From NCBI GenBank assembly GCA_013115125.1, contig JABANN010000170.1, forward strand, positions 1 to 58,069: a stretch of DNA of 58,069 nucleotides, given 5' to 3'. The notes beneath the pieces are model-generated. The model saw only the letters and a list, made by a program, of their open reading frames with translations. It was not told the DNA's origin and did no database searches. Shown here piece after piece: positions 55,450 through 58,069 of this stretch (within the stretch, counting starts at the first letter, position 1; every line of letters begins with the position of its first letter). The position numbers were made by a program, and so were the translations under genes. The stretch comes from Perkinsus olseni. Its lineage: Eukaryota.

Positions 55450-58069
55450 TCGTCTCTCTGACAGAAGGTTCATCATGATTGTAGTCGGTTGTTGAGGGTG
55501 GTTAGTGCGAGACATAGTGTCTCCACTTCGTACGAGGGGGCGAGGCCCACATCAACGCACTCGGCCAGCAAGTCGGGCTGCCAAAGGAGCGTAGCGTATA
55601 ACGTACTGATGATGCCAGCGAGGTGGTAGGCGTTTATTTCCGGTGATGGCTCGGCGAGGGGCTAAAGGCGAACCGCATTCCCGGAATGAGATTACCGTGA
55701 CGGTCGAGTGCATCTTGGAGGAGGCGAAGGTCCGAGGGGAGAAGGAGTTTACGATAAGCCGGTGAGACGAGAGGCGCAGAAACTGTCCGGAGGCCTCGAA
55801 CTGTGGAGAGGGTGAAGTCATTGATCAGGAACCAAAACGCGAGCAAACTTGTGGCTTACGCCAGATCTCACTTTGGCCTTTATTACGACCGGGGTAGCAT
55901 CCCAGGGTCGATCAAGGGCAGGGATTGGCGTCTTCTGCGCATAGGAGGGAAACTGGATGGAGAATACGTACAGAAGAGACTGCCCTCGGTGAGCCCTCTA
56001 TGGCTGCTCGTCCGTCTATGCAGCCAGCTGTAGGTCACCGCGGCGGGGATAGAGGACGGCGCGCGGCTGAGGCTCGTCTACATCCACGATGACGCTGATA
56101 CGCGCTCACAGACTCCTCAGACGAGCCCAGGGTGCGGAGACCTCGAGGCCGCCTCGTCGGAGCTGACGGGAAGCGCGAAGGGCGAGGAAGGGGGAGAGGG
56201 AGAGGGTCATCACCATAGCCACCATCATCATCACCATCATAAGGGTGCTGTTCCGTTGCTGCACTCATGTGGAGCTTGTTATTGTCGTTCAGGCCAGAAG
56301 CGGCACAGACAGCACGATAGCCATCCCCAGTCCAGCAGCCCCTCCGAGCCCTCGGAAGAGGGAACCACACCCTCAGTGACGAGAAATGAGCTTGAAAATG
56401 TTGTAGAGGACGTCTTGGACGAGGAAGGGAATGCCGACGGGCATGAGATGAAGGAGGGAAAGGCAAAGGAAGAGCAACCAAAGGAAAGCAGTGAGTGCTT
56501 CTGTTCTCTCGCTGATGGCGCCACTTCTGAGTGAGTGGATCTTCTGAGTGAATTGCAGCTTGCCGGGAACCAGAATCGTTCTTCTATCAGAAATATTCGT
56601 TATAAACTCTTCATGAGACACCGTAGTTGTTCGTGTAGCTCATGGTGCTTTCAACAGGACTAGAGCTGGAATATCCCCAGGGCATCTGACCCGTCTTCGC
56701 TCTAGCACTTTGTGTGTAACCTAGCTGCGGTAGTACCGTCATCGTCGTCCAGGTACCAGCAGTCCATCGAAACCGCGTCCTAAGCGGACGAGAGTATCCA
56801 TGGCCCCGGAAACACCCATCAGACGCTCGGCCAGAGTTCGGGGTATTGAACCTGACTTCAACAGCGAGCCGCCCGCCGCGGGGAGTCCTCGGTCGCCGAG
56901 CCGAACGACGGAGATGGAGACGTCCATTGTTGCTGAGGATGGGAAGAGGGATGATCCGGGCGAAGGTGAGAGAAGTGAGATGACGTGAACGCCTTGACCG
57001 GGGATCGAACCTGTGCCTCGATTGGTTGGCTCAAGCCGCTGCTCCAAGCCGCCATTTCATCTTTCACTAAGTCTACATTACTCGCGCCTCTCAGTTGATC
57101 CGGCTAGTCCTGATTCCGGCCACGCGCCGTCAGCAGCAGCAGCCATTCCGAAGAGCTCTTCTGCCTCCGCCGACGAGCTGCCCCAGGGCGTGGAGGAGGT
57201 CTCAAAGGATGTAGACAAGGAGGAGGGGAAGAAGGCTGACGAAGATGGCGAGGATGCAAGAGGGAAGCAGCTGCCGAGCAGCTCATCCGCAGGTGTGCCT
57301 GCGTTGAGTGGGCGACGAGAACGCCCCTCAAGCCGTGGGTTCACCCACCTGTTTTCTTCAGTGGCACCTCGAAGTGCGAGAGGTCGTCGTGGCAGCTCAT
57401 CGAGGACGGTTCCATCTGCGAAGCCTGCAAAGTCTCAGAGAGTCCATGCGGACTCGTCGGAGAGTATGAGGACGGATGAGGGGAATCAGGCTGATTCTTC
57501 CGGAGTACTGAGTCAGCCTAGCGACTCGCGGGGCTCCCTGGAGGGCATCAGAGGTGAGGAGGCGATCGGGCGGGAGCGACACTTAAGTGCTTCGAAACTC
57601 GTTTCACCTCCCGGGTTCATCCCCATGCACCTTCAATTTTCTAAATCGCCATGGCATTCGTACGGAAGTCGAGGCTCGCCCAGTGACCTCTAAGACACAA
57701 TAGGTTGGGGCAGATTAGCATTAGTAAGAATCAAATTATACCAAGCGATCTCAACATTCAAATTTGAACCAAACCGCCGCGTGTTGTGCAATGGTCGAGG
57801 CAATGGTGCGTGCCCTGCGAGAGAAGGTGGGCTCGGTACTCTCCCCTCCTCAGTGTCCTCATCTCTGCCAGTGGCTTCGGGAGGGAAGTATCCACCGGCC
57901 TCTTCTGGCTCAGCTTCCGGCGGATCCTCGGCGGACAGCGGTCCCGATAATCGGCCTCCGGCGCCTGACTGGCTACTTGCGACTCCCCATGGTGAGTAGA
58001 GCTGGGCAACCGTACTGGGGTCGAGGAAAGTACGGTACGGAGTACGTTCCAAACTGTCAACTTAGTACG
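55450..58069 (+). CDS. Hypothetical multi-exon protein: folded N-terminal part then long Ser/Glu/Arg-rich region, probably continuing beyond the window
   Basis: Exons ERVKSLIRNQNASKLVAYARSHFGLYY..., AGIEDGARLRLVYIH, and ORFs 56256, 56800, 57013, 57781 joined by GT-AG introns. Confidence 0.5.
56990..57053 (-). pseudogene. Degenerate tRNA-like relic inside intron 56966..57094
   Basis: Minus strand GGCGGCTTGGAGCAGCGG...GAGGCACAGGTTCGATCCCCGGTCAAGGCG; A-box-like TGGAGCAGCGG and canonical B-box GGTTCGATCCC. Confidence 0.45.

Noticed and set aside
57026-57035. TTGGCTCAAG as a dinoflagellate/Perkinsus spliced-leader relic
   Set aside because: Only 10 nt match, no upstream CCGTAGCC, and it lies inside an intron rather than before a start codon.

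Overview
Intron-rich eukaryotic genomic DNA with many short GT-AG introns and compact gene spacing. The gene set and style suggest a Perkinsus-like alveolate (inference). Many supplied ORFs are single exons or antisense shadows, so I assembled genes by eye across splice sites and the termini are approximate. Recognisable genes, in order: Nup85-like nucleoporin; two tandem helical-repeat (HPR/FASTK-like) paralogs with two tRNA-Thr(AGT) copies; tetraspanin-like protein; M14 zinc carboxypeptidase; Trf4/TENT4-like nucleotidyltransferase; ELG1/ATAD5-like AAA+ subunit; START-domain protein; frameshifted DUF7164-like protein; two nicotinamidases flanking an intronless GT61 glycosyltransferase; PP4R3-like protein; RIIAD1; C9orf78/Tls1-like splicing factor; mitochondrial uS9; three tandem paralogs of an unrecognised 3-TM family. 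The most unusual signal is a series of tRNA-derived sequences inside spliceosomal introns, from a near-intact tRNA-Thr to T-arm relics in four other introns. Also notable: a 1.18-kb non-coding TIR element with 20-bp repeat arrays, nicotinamidases with signal-peptide-like leaders and an intron-split ATG, and tandem exon-intron duplications in the ATAD5-like gene.
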